The position numbers and the translations under genes are program-made. A stretch of 64,000 bases of DNA, from NCBI RefSeq assembly GCF_018977255.1, contig NW_024704743.1, positions 65,102,001 to 65,166,000 of the forward strand. The letters run 5' to 3'. Of the stretch, positions 39,776-51,803 are shown piece by piece. This stretch comes from Callorhinchus milii. Its lineage: Eukaryota. Numbering within the stretch: the first letter of the stretch is position 1; the number at the start of each line of letters is the position of its first letter. The notes under the pieces were generated by a model. It saw only the letters and a list, made by a program, of their open reading frames with translations. It did not search any database and had not been told where the DNA came from.

Positions 39776-40642
39776 GTCATAGTCAGAATGGCTGAAAGCC
39801 TGACAGATGATGGTGGGGCAGAAAAGACGGGACAGGGAAAATCAAATTGATGTTTCAAATAAACAATAATAATTGAAAATCAACATTACGGTTTATTATT
39901 ACATGTGATGCAGTTAGTACACTAACTATATAGTACTAACTTTTCTGTTGAATTTACAAAGCCATCCATGTCCAATTCCATGAACCTGCTGCTGTAATGG
40001 TTATAACAAACTGTTTTAATGTAAATCCACAGCTATTTTGTTGCCTTATAACAAGAGGCAATCTTTCAGAAATCCCCCCCACGACTCCGAATAGCATCAC
40101 TAACAGTTTCTAGAACATTAACGTTGCTAATGAGAGATCCAAGCCCATTCATTTCAAATGTATTAAATCTTTCAGAAATCACAGTTCAGTTTAAGCTGCG
40201 CCTACATTTCTTAATGACAGCGGGCCACCATGACCAGTACTGGTGAATTTGATTGAAATGGACAGTCATGTAGGCAGGCAAGCATAGTCATTAGTAAAGA
40301 ACAAAATCCGTACAATAGGGCCTTTATCATCCAAATTACTCTACTTAGAGAGATTTGGATATTCAAAAGCACAGTGTCATATACTTAATGTTACAGTCAT
40401 TATTTTTTAATACAATGAAAGTCACAAAGCAGTTTTTATTTGATGTTTATATTAATATTCTACTGTGACGGTGATGTAAAGAGGGTTAATGCAAGCTACC
40501 AGCATTTCTCACACATATGCAACACAACCCAGCCAAACATTGTGCATGCATATTGAGAATGGTTATACTGAGAATGTGTACAAGATGCACTTGGAGCAAA
40601 GCAAATGAAGCTACACAGAGGATCGAGCTGGTAATACAATAC

Positions 40643-40690
40643 CTTTGTAATTCAGAGTTGAAGGGACAGAGTGAGATTGAGACTGAAGAA
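40643..40690 (-). CDS. COBL: Probable alternatively spliced 48-nt cassette exon (phase 1 to 1)
   Basis: Acceptor ctgccctttttatag|TT; donor AAA G|gtattg. Open in frame as (V)LQSQSHSVPSTLNYK. Position and character resemble the short optional segment I recall in rodent Cobl here (VLLTKTQSEPSLSCR-like; from memory, not checked). Confidence 0.72.
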
Positions 40691-41191
40691 CTATAAAAAG
40701 GGCAGATTATTAACACTTACAAACTTTAAAAACAAGGAATTGCTTACAGTTCATTACAATCTTTAGGCTTTGTAGTAACAGCTAATAGTAAAGGAAAGGA
40801 AGTTTCACATTATGAAAATTAGATTTATTTAAAGCTTCAAAAGAACACTTTAAATGGATTCACGGCAATAACAGTTTCACAAAGCATGTCATTAAATAGA
40901 CATTATTTATCTCAAGACAAATTTTTTAAAATGCTATCATTTGAACACAATGTTCAATTCAAAACAGAAAATCATTGAGATTTTCATAATTATAAAAATA
41001 CTAACATGGTCCTGCTTTAGTAAAATAACACAGGACAGCTCTGAAGAGCTATAAAGCTATATATTTATATATAATTTCATCAATTTTATTTGATAAATTC
41101 TGAATGAAAGTTCAGCTTGGACAAGTACTTCAATTTATACTGAGCTTGCAGTACTTACAAAATCAAGGGAAATAATGCACTACAAATTAGA

Positions 41192-41403
41192 AAGTAGAAA
41201 TTTCATCTGGGTCTAGACTTCCTCTAGTTTCTTGGTAATTTAGGGCGTCCAGAACTTGATGAATTCTTAAATGCAGTGTTAATTTAAAAGCTGTTTTTTT
41301 GTATGTTTATTACAGGAAACACTGGATTCAAATTCCCAAATTCCACACACGCTCAAATGCTAAGAAAATAGAATAAATCTAAACTCAGGTGGAATTTCTC
41401 CCC
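41192..41403. mobile_element. Foldback/MITE-like element
   Basis: agaaatttcatctgggtctagactt...tagggcgt pairs with acgctcaa...aaatctaaactcaggtggaatttct (about 50-bp imperfect arms). Confidence 0.6.
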
Positions 41404-42274
41404 ACATATCTGTTTATATGTCCGAGAAAACTGCCATCAGGCATAATTTTTTAAACACAAAATTATAAAGCTCTGTCTCACAGAGTAAACTACAGCCTTA
41501 CAACACATGTCTCTTCAATTACAAGGTTGAGGTTTTCATGTTTCCCCCTAATGCTGCTCTGTGAATACAGAACAGGTCTTTCTTGGCCAACAGAGTTACA
41601 AACGGCAAGTCTCAAGAACAAATGAAAGTACATAATCAAAATACGTTACACAAATTAATGTTTTCAAAATACAACACCCAGTTGTCCAATGTTGTTGACA
41701 CATGATATACTTTAATATGAAACAGAAACATCTTGATTCTCCTACTCTAATGAAAGGAAAATATTACTGTTGTAAACTAAAATAAACATGCTAGCATTCT
41801 ATTTACTACAATAGCATGGCAACATGTCTACGTTGTGAAGCCAGCAATTTCCAAATATTTAAAGTTTGTTTCCTGACAAATACAAAAATTGGAAAAGTTC
41901 AAAACTCCAGAAATCAGAATTACCATAGATTACAAATTGCTACAGTTGTCCTGAAAAATTTACGTGTATATTTTATGGTGACTTTGTACAGTATGTGCAT
42001 TACTATGGTTTAAGGAACTCATTTTAATTTTTGAGTCAGTGGATTGCAGAGTAAGCTTATTATTTTATTTGCAATATTATGAACGTCAATATGGATTTCA
42101 AATTCCAACTGACCTCTGCTTAAAAGATATCATACTTTGCAGTCATTTCAGCATTGTCTTAATTTAGAGTGCACAAGTAAAATTAATGTTGTGGAGTTGT
42201 GCAGCTCCAAAGTAAAAATGTTGTTGAGAACCCTCATTATACTGTGTTTGTTATGTGGTGTTCGATAAACTTAC

Positions 42275-42503
42275 CTCTGCTGGTATCCAGTGCGTATAAT
42301 TCCCTAATTCCTAAATCATTCAATGATTTTAGAAGATCCAGTTTTTCCCTTTTGACGCTATCTCTCAGGACCATAAGATAGTCCGAATCAAATTCACACT
42401 TTTCACATATGACTGGTACCAGATCCTTCAAAGGCACAAACGGACTGACACGCACCACAGCCTTTTGCGTCCTCAGGAAATTCACCACCAGCCTTACAGT
42501 TTT
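42275..42503 (-). CDS. COBL: Cordon-bleu family coding exon (229 nt, phase 0 to 1)
   Basis: Acceptor tctctgattgttgcag|AAA ACT; donor AGA G|gtaagt. Encodes [76 protein letters not shown], matching [23 protein letters not shown]...SLNELGIKELYA. Confidence 0.93.
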
Positions 42504-42829
42504 CTGCAACAATCAGAGATTTCAGACAATTCACGTTAAACAGGAAAACAATCAATAGAAGAGACAATTTACAGTAGTGATGAAGATGTTCCTCATTCTC
42601 TGACTTTTCATTTATGTGTCAGTTTGTTTGGTTGCACATTGCAAAGGTACTCTAGAACTCTGGGCAGAAGCACAAGTGATTTCATTGGATCCAGGGTAGA
42701 TATTGTGAATCAATATAATGTAATCATTAACCTGACGAATAAAGGAGCATCCATATATTGCTATTTGTCCAAGGAGAGTGCAAAATTCTGTATGCAATAG
42801 TGCTTAGGAATCATTAGGCTCGCTTCTAA

Positions 42830-43145
42830 TAATCCTTGCAGTTGATATAGTGCCTTAGCACGTTGTTGAGATGTTTCAAAGTGCTTCACAGGATTTCATT
42901 GTGAAATTGGTAGTGACTGTGTATTTGTAGGCGAATACAGTAGCCAAGCAACATCCCATAAACGGTCATAAAGTGAACAATCAATTCTTTCTGGGGTATT
43001 GCTGGCCTGGCAGAAACTCTCATTTCTTTTTGAATAGTCATGGGATCTTAATGTCCACCTGAAAAGGTAGAAGCAACTTTGGTCTAACGTGGCCTCCAAA
43101 GGACAGCACCTCCAAAGGTGTAGTACTCCCTACTCACTGCCCTTT
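42830..43145 (-). mobile_element. Deu-domain SINE
   Basis: atagtcatgggatcttaatgtccacctgaa...ggtctaacgt...aaaggacagcacctcc is the reverse-complement Deu domain; tail aataatccttgca. Confidence 0.75.
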
Positions 43146-43171
43146 GAAAATCTAGGCAAATAACTACATTA

Positions 43172-43393
43172 CAGTGTTGGCCATCCCATGGCCTGTGGGC
43201 CAAAAGTGGCCTTGGGGGCGTCAAGAAGTGGCCTGCCAAACATTTGCACTACTCTAGGCAAGTCTGTGTTAAATCAATATTTTGTTTCCAGGAGTTACTG
43301 AGTAGCGATATTTATGGTGTGGCCATAAATCAAGAAATATTCAATCAAGAAAAATGTATTTGGTTGGCCGACCAAAACGGTTGGTCACCACTG
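43172..43393. mobile_element. Old non-autonomous hAT-like (Charlie-type) element
   Basis: Ends cagtgttggccatccc / cggttggtcaccactg are imperfect TIRs; subterminal tggcc repeats; no TSD retained. Confidence 0.55.
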
Positions 43394-44129
43394 ATTTAGA
43401 CTGAATTCTGTGAAGCGCTATATCAAATGAAGGATTACTATTTATTAGTAGGAATTATATATACCTAGCACTTATGTCTAGATTTAGCCTATTGACTTAG
43501 AATTTCTGAGCAACCAGAATTTGGCAAATTGTTAAATTTGGTCTTAACTTTGAAGCCATTTGTCATGTAGTTCTAAAAAGAAATTTACAGAAGAAGTTTT
43601 AAAATTAAAGCGTTTAAGAACCTGCAAAATTCCGGGCGCACTAGAAAGCTACATTAAATAGAGTAAGTGTAAACCGAGGTGCAATTTTTACTGTGGAGTA
43701 AGCACAGTAAATGGAATGAGCAATTTTAACTACTATTCAATTCAAATTTGCACCAATTAACACGAGGTGGCCCTCTCGCCTGAGTCAGAAGGAGGATGTG
43801 GGTTCAAGCCCCACGTTGAGGCTTGAAATCACATAGTGTAAGCTGACACTCCAATGCAGTGCTGGAGGGGTGTTGCATTGTTGGAGATACCGTCCTGCGG
43901 ATGAGGACCCGAGGTCCCGTCTGCCTGTTCAGGTGGATGTAAAGATTATTATTTATCATTATTAACATAAAAGGATTTGCATTTGATATAGTGCTTTTCA
44001 CGTTAGGATGACATCTCAAAGTGCTTCATCATTGTAAAGTGTAATAACTATAAAGTGTAGTGACTGTGCAATTGCAGGTGAATGTGACGAAAATTTTAAG
44101 TTCAATATTGCTTTCAATTTGTTACTTAC

Positions 44130-44340
44130 TTCAGGGACTACAGGTGGGGGTCTTCTTGGCTTCTCCTCAACAACTTTCTGCTTTATGAAAACCTTTTCCA
44201 CATCCAACACTCCTATGGGAGTATTTGGCTTGAAGCCCAGTTGTTTATGTGTCTCTCTGGCTTGCAGTTCGAGTATATGATGCGCTGGATTCAAATGATA
44301 TTGGCTGCACAAATCAATCAGTAAATCCATCACTGCCTTG
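44130..44340 (-). CDS. COBL: Cordon-bleu family coding exon (211 nt, phase 2 to 0), ubiquitin-like Cobl domain
   Basis: Acceptor tctcttttcactacag|C AAG GCA GTG ATG; donor CCT GAA|gtaagt. Encodes KAVMDLLIDLCSQYHLNPAHHILELQARETHKQLGFKPNTPIGVLDVEKVFIKQKVVEEKPRRPPPVVPE, recognisably the COBL/COBLL1 MDLL..LC...HLNP..FKPNT.IG segment. Confidence 0.92.
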
Positions 44341-44494
44341 CTGTAGTGAAAAGAGATACAGGAACATTAAAATAAAAAATAACATGTATATTATCACCAA
44401 TGTTTAATACAGACAAAAGGTTACCAGAGTAAACTTTTTTTTAGCAACAATCCAAATGAAAGGTGACCAAAATTTTCCAATAATCTATAAATTT

Positions 44495-45245
44495 TGTTTT
44501 GGTTAGTGTCTGACACACGTGGAAATCCATCAACATGCTTAAGAGTTTCCAAACCAGACTGAGAGTTCCATGAATCCCACCTAGACATGGAAAATCCCGT
44601 GTCTGGAAAGGAATGAGCACTCTCTCACCGAAGAGAGTTATTTATTGGCTGCCGCGTTTCACCCACAAATATACAGTCAATTCACTTTACAGTCTATTCT
44701 GTGAAGCGCTTTGAGACGTCGAGAAGACATAACAAGCGCTATATCAAATGCAAGGATTATTATTATTATTATAAAGGGATGCGTACTGCTTACCTAAATC
44801 CAGAGAATATTAGCTGGAGCTTGGCAAGAGCCAAGGCTTGGGGACCCCAGAGTGTGCATTGGGGTACTTCTGGAATTTAACCAGCTGAAACCACATAGCT
44901 TTCCACTAAATGCACTGACTGACAAGCTTTCCTGTTGTTTGTCCAGCTTGGACTATCCAACCCTTTAGGGCTACAGCTTGCAGGGTTATCGGGAGTTGAA
45001 TGTGAAGAATTCCTGCCGCTAGTGACTGGCCTGCCCTCCTCCAAGTCCTGCCGATGAGCCACAGCAGTGGCCTGGAGTACTGTGGAACTGCCTGGTCAGG
45101 ACCTGGGCTACTGAGAATTCCAGTAAGGGTTGACTTGATTCCGACATTTCATTGCGAAGCAAGAGACTGTGAAGCCAATTCATGTCCAAGGAGACCCTGC
45201 TTACCCCCTCCCCCCGCCCCCCCCACCCCAGGAGGATGGTCACTA
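44495..45245 (+). repeat. Unclassified interspersed repeat family, copy 3 (interrupted by SINE tail about 44640-44772)
   Basis: Collinear with copy 2 over several hundred bp. Confidence 0.78.
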
Positions 45246-45289
45246 TGCTCTATAACCATCTCTGGACCATCAAACAACTCATTTTGAAT

Positions 45290-45718
45290 TGGTTGAAAAG
45301 ATACACTGAAAGCTAGGATTATTTTCCTTGGAGCAGAGAAGGTTAAGATGAGACGTAATAGAAATTTTAAAAATTGTGAGGGGATTCGATAGGGTGAACA
45401 AGGAGAAACTATTTCCACTGGTGGGTGGGTCGGTAACCCGAGGGCACTGATTTAAAACAGTTGCTAAAAGAAACAGAGGGGAGGTGAGAAGAAATGTTTT
45501 CACACGGTGAGTTGTTTGGATCTTGAATGCATTGCCCGAAAGGGTGGTGGAAGCCGATTCAATAACAAGTTTTAAGAGAGAAGTAGATAATTATTTGGGG
45601 AGGACAAGTTTGCAGGGCTACGGGGAGACAGCGGGGAAGTGGGATTAATTTGGATAACTCTGTACAAACAGCCGGCACGGACACGATGGGCCGAATGGCC
45701 TGCTGTATAATTCTATGA
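45290..45718 (+). mobile_element. CR1-type LINE 3' end
   Basis: FSLEQRRLR..FKIVRGFDRVNKEKLFP...TRGH.FK...RRNVFT-like ORF2 end plus gatgggccgaatggcct UTR. Confidence 0.9.
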
Positions 45719-46754
45719 AAGCGATTTCTTTGTTTAAAACGATACTAACTCCACAATCAGCTGGGCTCTGCGCAGTTTAGAAATGGTTTTGACAGTTCCC
45801 GCTGAAGTAAGAATGTTTAAGTTGTCCATAAGACTGACAGCATTGATCGGCCCTGCTCTACAATGAGACAATTTTCAAACTGATCAAGTGGACAGTTTCA
45901 GGGGGTTTCATAAAAAATATTATGTACGTCAGCATTGTGATTTCCCCATCCTGGTACCAAAATAAACAAACAAACAGCACCACGTCTCAGTGCTGTCTGG
46001 AACCTGAATCACTTCAACCACTGCAATGTTCTTTCCAGCATGACTTAATCCGAAAGGAATACAGCTTGTACACTGAATTCTGAGAACGGGATTGAAATGC
46101 TCTCTTCAAACTAGTGCCAGATATCCTCACAGCAAATTTTTAAGCCAACCAAGGAAGCTGAACAAGCAGACTTTCATATGACAAAACTAACTACACTGTT
46201 GCTTTGTAAAGAGCAAAAGGAAGACTTGATAACAATTTGCACTTATCAAGACCCTGTCAGCAATTTGTTTTTGTCAGGCTTATGCACATTTCACTGAAAA
46301 TCCCCATTGATTTTCAGAAGCTTAATTGTTTTCTTAACATCAAATAAGTCCTGAGTGGAAAGTATTATATTTTTAAATGAGCTGCAAACATTTCCCTGTG
46401 AAATATTTATTCATCTGAATATTTGTTCCAATTTCAATGGTTGCTTTCAACAAAAATTGAAAAAAAATTTGCGGCCTGTGAATTTGACTCCATGTTTTAA
46501 AATGTTCTGATCTCTGACAAAATATTGAGGTCCCTCATTTGATAATGTTACTGTCTATATTAAATAAATTTCTTTCAATGTTTCTAATGAAGATACCTGA
46601 AAGTTTTTCTTTACAAAGACGGTAATTAACAACCGGAATCAATTGCCAGAAAAGATGATAGAGGCCAGGACATTTAAAGAGCAGCTTGATACTCTGATGG
46701 AAATGGTAGAGTGGGTGTTCTGGAAGGATGAGTCGAATGGTCTTCTTCATTAAA

Positions 46755-47030
46755 GATCTCATGGAACTATTCTAAAAGAGAAAGGAATTTCTTTCGGGAT
46801 CCTGGCCAACAATCCCCCAAATAAAATTGGTTACTCACTCCATTACTGATTGTGGGACATTACTCTGCGCAACAACAACAACAACATTACATTTATAGAG
46901 CGCCTTTCACGTCGGGAGGACATCCTGCTGCCGCGTTTCGCCCACAAAATACACAGTATATCCTGCCCACATCGCTTTGAGAAATCTTGACGATGTGATT
47001 AGCCCCTATATCAAATGCAAGAATTATTAT
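46755..47030 (+). mobile_element. Deu-domain SINE 3' half with a ~55-bp antisense L2 tail insertion (46870-46925)
   Basis: tactctgcgc|aacaacaac...gggaggacatcc|tgctgccgcgtttcgcccac interrupts the usual ctgtgcgcaaattggctgccgcg. Confidence 0.72.
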
Positions 47031-48039
47031 TGTACAAAACAATTGTGATCTTGTGATTCAGTAGCCACCAATGTCATTTTGTGTACTGCAAATGCATAAC
47101 AAACGGGAAATGACATTAATAGAGACTTAGTGACCCATAATTCAGCCATTTTTGCACAAAAGCTGGATGGTGCCCAGTAACAACAACAACAACTTGTAAG
47201 CAAATGAGCTAACAAAGGAGTAAGTGAACGGGCTAACTGCAAAGAATGGGATCTATGCTTCAATGAACCGCTTTACAACACTTTATAACCAAATCAGGTT
47301 ATAAAGAAATGCATGCTATAAAGAGGTTTCGTGCAAGTTTAATTCAAGGGTCATTTCTGTTCCTGGTAACCTCATACACATGCACATCATAGTAATCTTT
47401 GTACTGGTATCACAACCTCAGTTTCACTTCCACCAGAGTCCAATGCAGAGAAGTAGGCACATGGTGTTCTACTGGGATCAATATAGTCTAAAGCACATTG
47501 ACCTAAGAGCATAATAATGTACGGAACAAAAATAGTCCCTCTGGCCTGGACCTAAACCAGTTCCTTCCCAAAATCAAGCAAAACCCACCTTACTTTACCA
47601 TTGTATCACCGACCCATGGTACCAGCCACTTTATCTACGAAAGGAAAAATTCTGCACAAATTCTCTAACTCCCAAAGATAACGAGGCAAAAACTTCATTT
47701 CTCAATCCGTGTATCTCCATTATTTTCCATCGTCTGTTTTGCTCCACACCACCTTCTCCTACCAACCCGCTGAGAGCCCATAGCATTTGTTTAAGTTCAG
47801 GAAACGTAAGTTACACACAACGCAGACTTTGTCACAAATCTGACCACTAATTTTAAAAGACCAGTTATTCAATCATTTCCTCACCCACTTTAATAAACCA
47901 CACAAATAGTGTGTACCTGACCCAGTATGTAGGCAACACATACCTCAAATATGTTGAGAATTGTTTGGTGGTTAATGCTTAACACTACTAAAAAATCATT
48001 GACCACTGTATTTTCAAATATGCTGCAAGACTTTCTCAA

Positions 48040-48880
48040 ACAACAACAACAAGATTGCATTTATAGAGCGCCTTTCACGTCGGGAGGACATCCCAAGGCG
48101 CTGTACAGTTGGGTCAGGACCGAGCAGGGGGGAAATGGTCAGGGTGAGGGAAGGGAGGGAGCGAGGAGGGGGTAGAGAGTCGAGAGGGGAGCTGAAGGCA
48201 CGGCTGAAGAGAAAGGTCTTGAGACCGGCCTTGAAGGAGGAAAGGGAGGAGGCGGCGGAGGCCCTGGGGGATGGAGTTCCAGAGCCCAGGGGCTGAGAGG
48301 CTGAAGGCCCGGCCACCGATGGTAGGGCGGTTGGGGCGGGGGACGTGGAGCAGACCGGAGCCAGAGGAACGGAGGGTACGGGCAGGTAGGTAGGGGGATA
48401 GTAAGTCGGAGAGGTAGGAGGGAGCGAGGCCATGAATGGCCTTGTAGGTGAGGATGAGGATCTTGAATTGGATCCTCTGGGGGATGGGGAACCAGTGGAG
48501 GCGAGCGAGGGTGGGAGTGATGTGGTCCCGAAGCCTGGTGCGGGACAGTACACGAGCTGCAGAGTTCTGAATGACCTGCAGCTTGTGGAGGAGGTGCCGG
48601 GAAGGCCGACGAGGAGAGAGTTCCCATAGTCCAGCCTTGAGGTGATAAAGGTGTGGACCAGAGTTTCAGCAGCGTGAGGGGTGAGGTAGTGCCATAGTCT
48701 GGCGATGTTCCGGAGGTGATGGAAGGCGGTGCCAGTTGTGGCGCGGATATGAGGGAGAAAGGACAGCTCAGGGTCGAACAAAACGCCGAGGTTCCTGACT
48801 GGGTTTGAGAGGTGGAGAGTGCAGCCTTGGATGCTGATGCTGTCAGCGCCTGTGGTGCGGAGGCGCTGACGCGAGCACAT
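48040..48880 (-). mobile_element. Young 5'-truncated L2 LINE
   Basis: VRNLGVLFDPELSFLPHI...HLRNIARL..YLTPHAAETLVHTFITSRLDYGNSLLVGLP then frameshift; intact 3' stem-loop and (ttg)n tail. Confidence 0.93.
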
Positions 48881-50151
48881 CAGGAAACAGAGTGACCTTA
48901 AAGGCAATCCACGATCGGCAAGATCTGAGAACGAACAAATTGCTGATCCAGATGGTGCTCAGTCTTGTGCAGTTCTTATTGCTGGCGATGGACGGAACTG
49001 GACTGTGTGAACAGTATTGTTTCCATATTTCTCTATAAAGAATTGTCAGAAATTTCCATGTACTTTCTAATACTGGGGTGCACTCCAAGAAAACACTTAA
49101 AGCAGACCAAATTCCGAAGCCTGACCTTGAAAGTCATTGAGTATGTCTGATTTGTCTCCACATTGTCCCACTTGTGGATGACTTTGAGTACAACCCTTCA
49201 AAGCTGGAGAAAAGCGACTGACTGCATTAAGATCCCGATCCCCTTCATGTCGTATCTCAGCAGGCCCACCTTTTTTAAGATTTGAGAAATGCATTTGAAA
49301 TTGTGATATAGCTTGGAACAAAAAAACACATCAAAGCACATTTACATTTTTTAAAATAAAAGAGACATTTCTTTTTAGTACGGGACTTTTGCTGTTGTAA
49401 TGCTCCAGTAAAAAATGTTACTTTACAGCATGAGATTATCATGGAATGTTTATTTAAAAGGACATCACAAAATGGTACAAATCCCATCATTACATTGGAA
49501 AATCATAGCTGTGCACGTGTTTATGACATAAAGACATCAAATGGCTGTATTGTTATTATCTTTTCCCAGTCACAAAGACAGTGCCTCTTTAAAGAAACAA
49601 AACAGGCCTTGCAAAAGTTGTGCTTATGCAGATACAATGCCTGCTGGACTCTGAGCTTAACTCAATTGCCAAAATAATATTTCAGCCAAATTTCTCAACG
49701 ATTCATTCCTGGTTGTTCTAGGAACTTAGTCTCCCTAAACTCTTAATGCAAACAAAATGTACCTTGATATTGAGAAAGCACTATAGTATGCAGTCAGCAC
49801 ATATTTATGATAAGCTGCAAAGCAAGCAATCCACACATATGCATTCATTACCCAGTCTTATGTTACTGTTATCAAAGCTCTTAGTGATAGCTAGAGAACA
49901 TATTTTTGGCATGCATTTTCCAAGCAGGACTTCAGAGTTATGGATCACTGAATTTTATGTTTGGATCAAATGCAAATCAGAAACCCACGGTAACTCTCTC
50001 TAGGAATGTGAAAAATGTTTGTCACATTCATCAACGCCAAAATTAAAATATACTTTGGCAAAGAAATTGTTATAAACTTTACCACGAAAGTGGAGTTATG
50101 GAAATATGCTAGCAGTGCAACCCTCATTAGCACAGAATGTCTACAACTATC

Positions 50152-50560
50152 GTTTTGGTTAGCCCGGGTGTCTGACACATGTGGAAGCCCATAACATGTT
50201 TAAGAGTCTCCATTAACCACCAAACAATCCTCCAGATTGAGATTTCCCTTCTTTGTCTTGAAATGAAGTGTGCACTCTCTCTGCCTTGTTCATCTAATTC
50301 CAGAAAGTATCAGACACAGATAGACCAGAGACAAGCCCTGGGGACTACAGACTACAGACTGCTGAAGTTTAATTGGCGTTTAACCAGTTAAAACCACATA
50401 GCTTGCTGTTGAACGCACTGTTTGTCAAGCTTCAACTTGTTCCAGCTAGGGCCACCTGAACCATTAGGTCTTTGCCTTGCAGAGCTAACAGGGGCCGAGT
50501 GGGAAGAGTCCTTCCTCCCAGTGACAAACTGAGCACATTATGGCAACAAGGATTGCAGTG
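50152..50560 (+). repeat. Unclassified interspersed repeat family, copy 4
   Basis: ttttggttagcccgggtgtctgacacatgtggaa...catgtttaagagt and tttaaccagttaaaaccacatagctt...ttgtccagcta-like blocks. Confidence 0.72.
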
Positions 50561-50826
50561 GTTTAAAGAACCCACAATCACCATCTTCTCAGAGCAACCA
50601 GGTGGGCCGTAATTTTTGGTCCAGCCAGATTCCCTCATTGCATGCACTGCACCAATATAACATTTTCATTTTAACTCTCAAGTAGTTTTTCTTGGTGAAA
50701 TTGTACAATGTTGGTTAATTACCACTAAATGAGGTTAATTCTTGTGCTGATTTTGCCACTTGATACCACAAGCCGCCAGATAGATGTTAGCCTGTATCAG
50801 ATGGTAGCACCCTCATCTCTGAGTTC

Positions 50827-51310
50827 AACAACAACAACAAGATTCCATTTATAGAGCGCCTTTCACGTCGGGAGGACGTCCCAAGGCGCTGTACAGTTGG
50901 GTCAGGACCCGAGCAGGGGGGAAATGGTCAGGGTGAGGGGAGGGAAGGGAGGGAGGGAGGAGGGGGGAAATGGTCAGGGTGAGGGGAGGGAAGGGAGGGA
51001 GCGAGGAGGGGGTAGAGAGTCGAGAGAGGAGCTGAAGGGACGGTCAAAGAGAAGGGTCTTGAGACCGGCCTTGAAGGAGGAAAGGGAGGAAGCAAGGCGA
51101 AGCATTGGGGGATGGAGTTCCAGAGCCAAGGGACTGAGATGTTGAAGGTCCGGCCACCGATGGTAGAGCGGTTGGGGTGGGGGATGTGGAGCAGACCGGA
51201 GCCAGAGGAACGGAGGGTATGGACAGGTAAGTAGGGGGATAGTAGGTCAGAGAGGTAGGAGGAGCAAGGCCATGAATGGCCTTGTAGGTGAGGATGAGGA
51301 TCTTGAATTT
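50827..51310 (-). mobile_element. L2 3' fragment nested in a Deu-domain SINE (about 50795-51690, + strand)
   Basis: Close relative of 48040-48480; the SINE head ggtagcaccctcatctctgagttca| resumes as |gaagttcaaagttgtgggttcaagccc. Confidence 0.88.
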
Positions 51311-51803
51311 GAAGTTCAAAGTTGTGGGTTCAAGCCCAACGTCGTGACTTTGAGCTCTCTGTCTAGGCTGACACTCTATTAAAGTGCTAAGGAAGTTCTG
51401 GAAGTGTAGTCCTTCAAATGAGACATCAAACCGAGATTCCGTCTGGCTGTGCAGGCAGACAGGATCCCATGACACTACTTGAAAAGAGAAGGGAGCTTCT
51501 GACCAGCAATCCCTCAAATAAAACTGGTCTTCCCTTCTTGGCTGTTTGTAGGACAATTGCAGCGTGCAAATTGGCTTCCGTAGTTGTCTACAGTTATAGT
51601 CACTACACTTCACAGTAAAATCCTGCGAAACACTTTGAGAGGTCTCGGTGATGTGATAAAGTTCTATGTTAAATGCAAGAATAATTTATTAGTATAACAA
51701 TTTGCATTTATATAGTGACTATTATGGTGGTAGGATTTCCCAAAGCGCTGATAGTGAGCCTGACCTGTAGTGGTGGGGAAATAATGGCTTCCACAGAAGA
51801 TGG

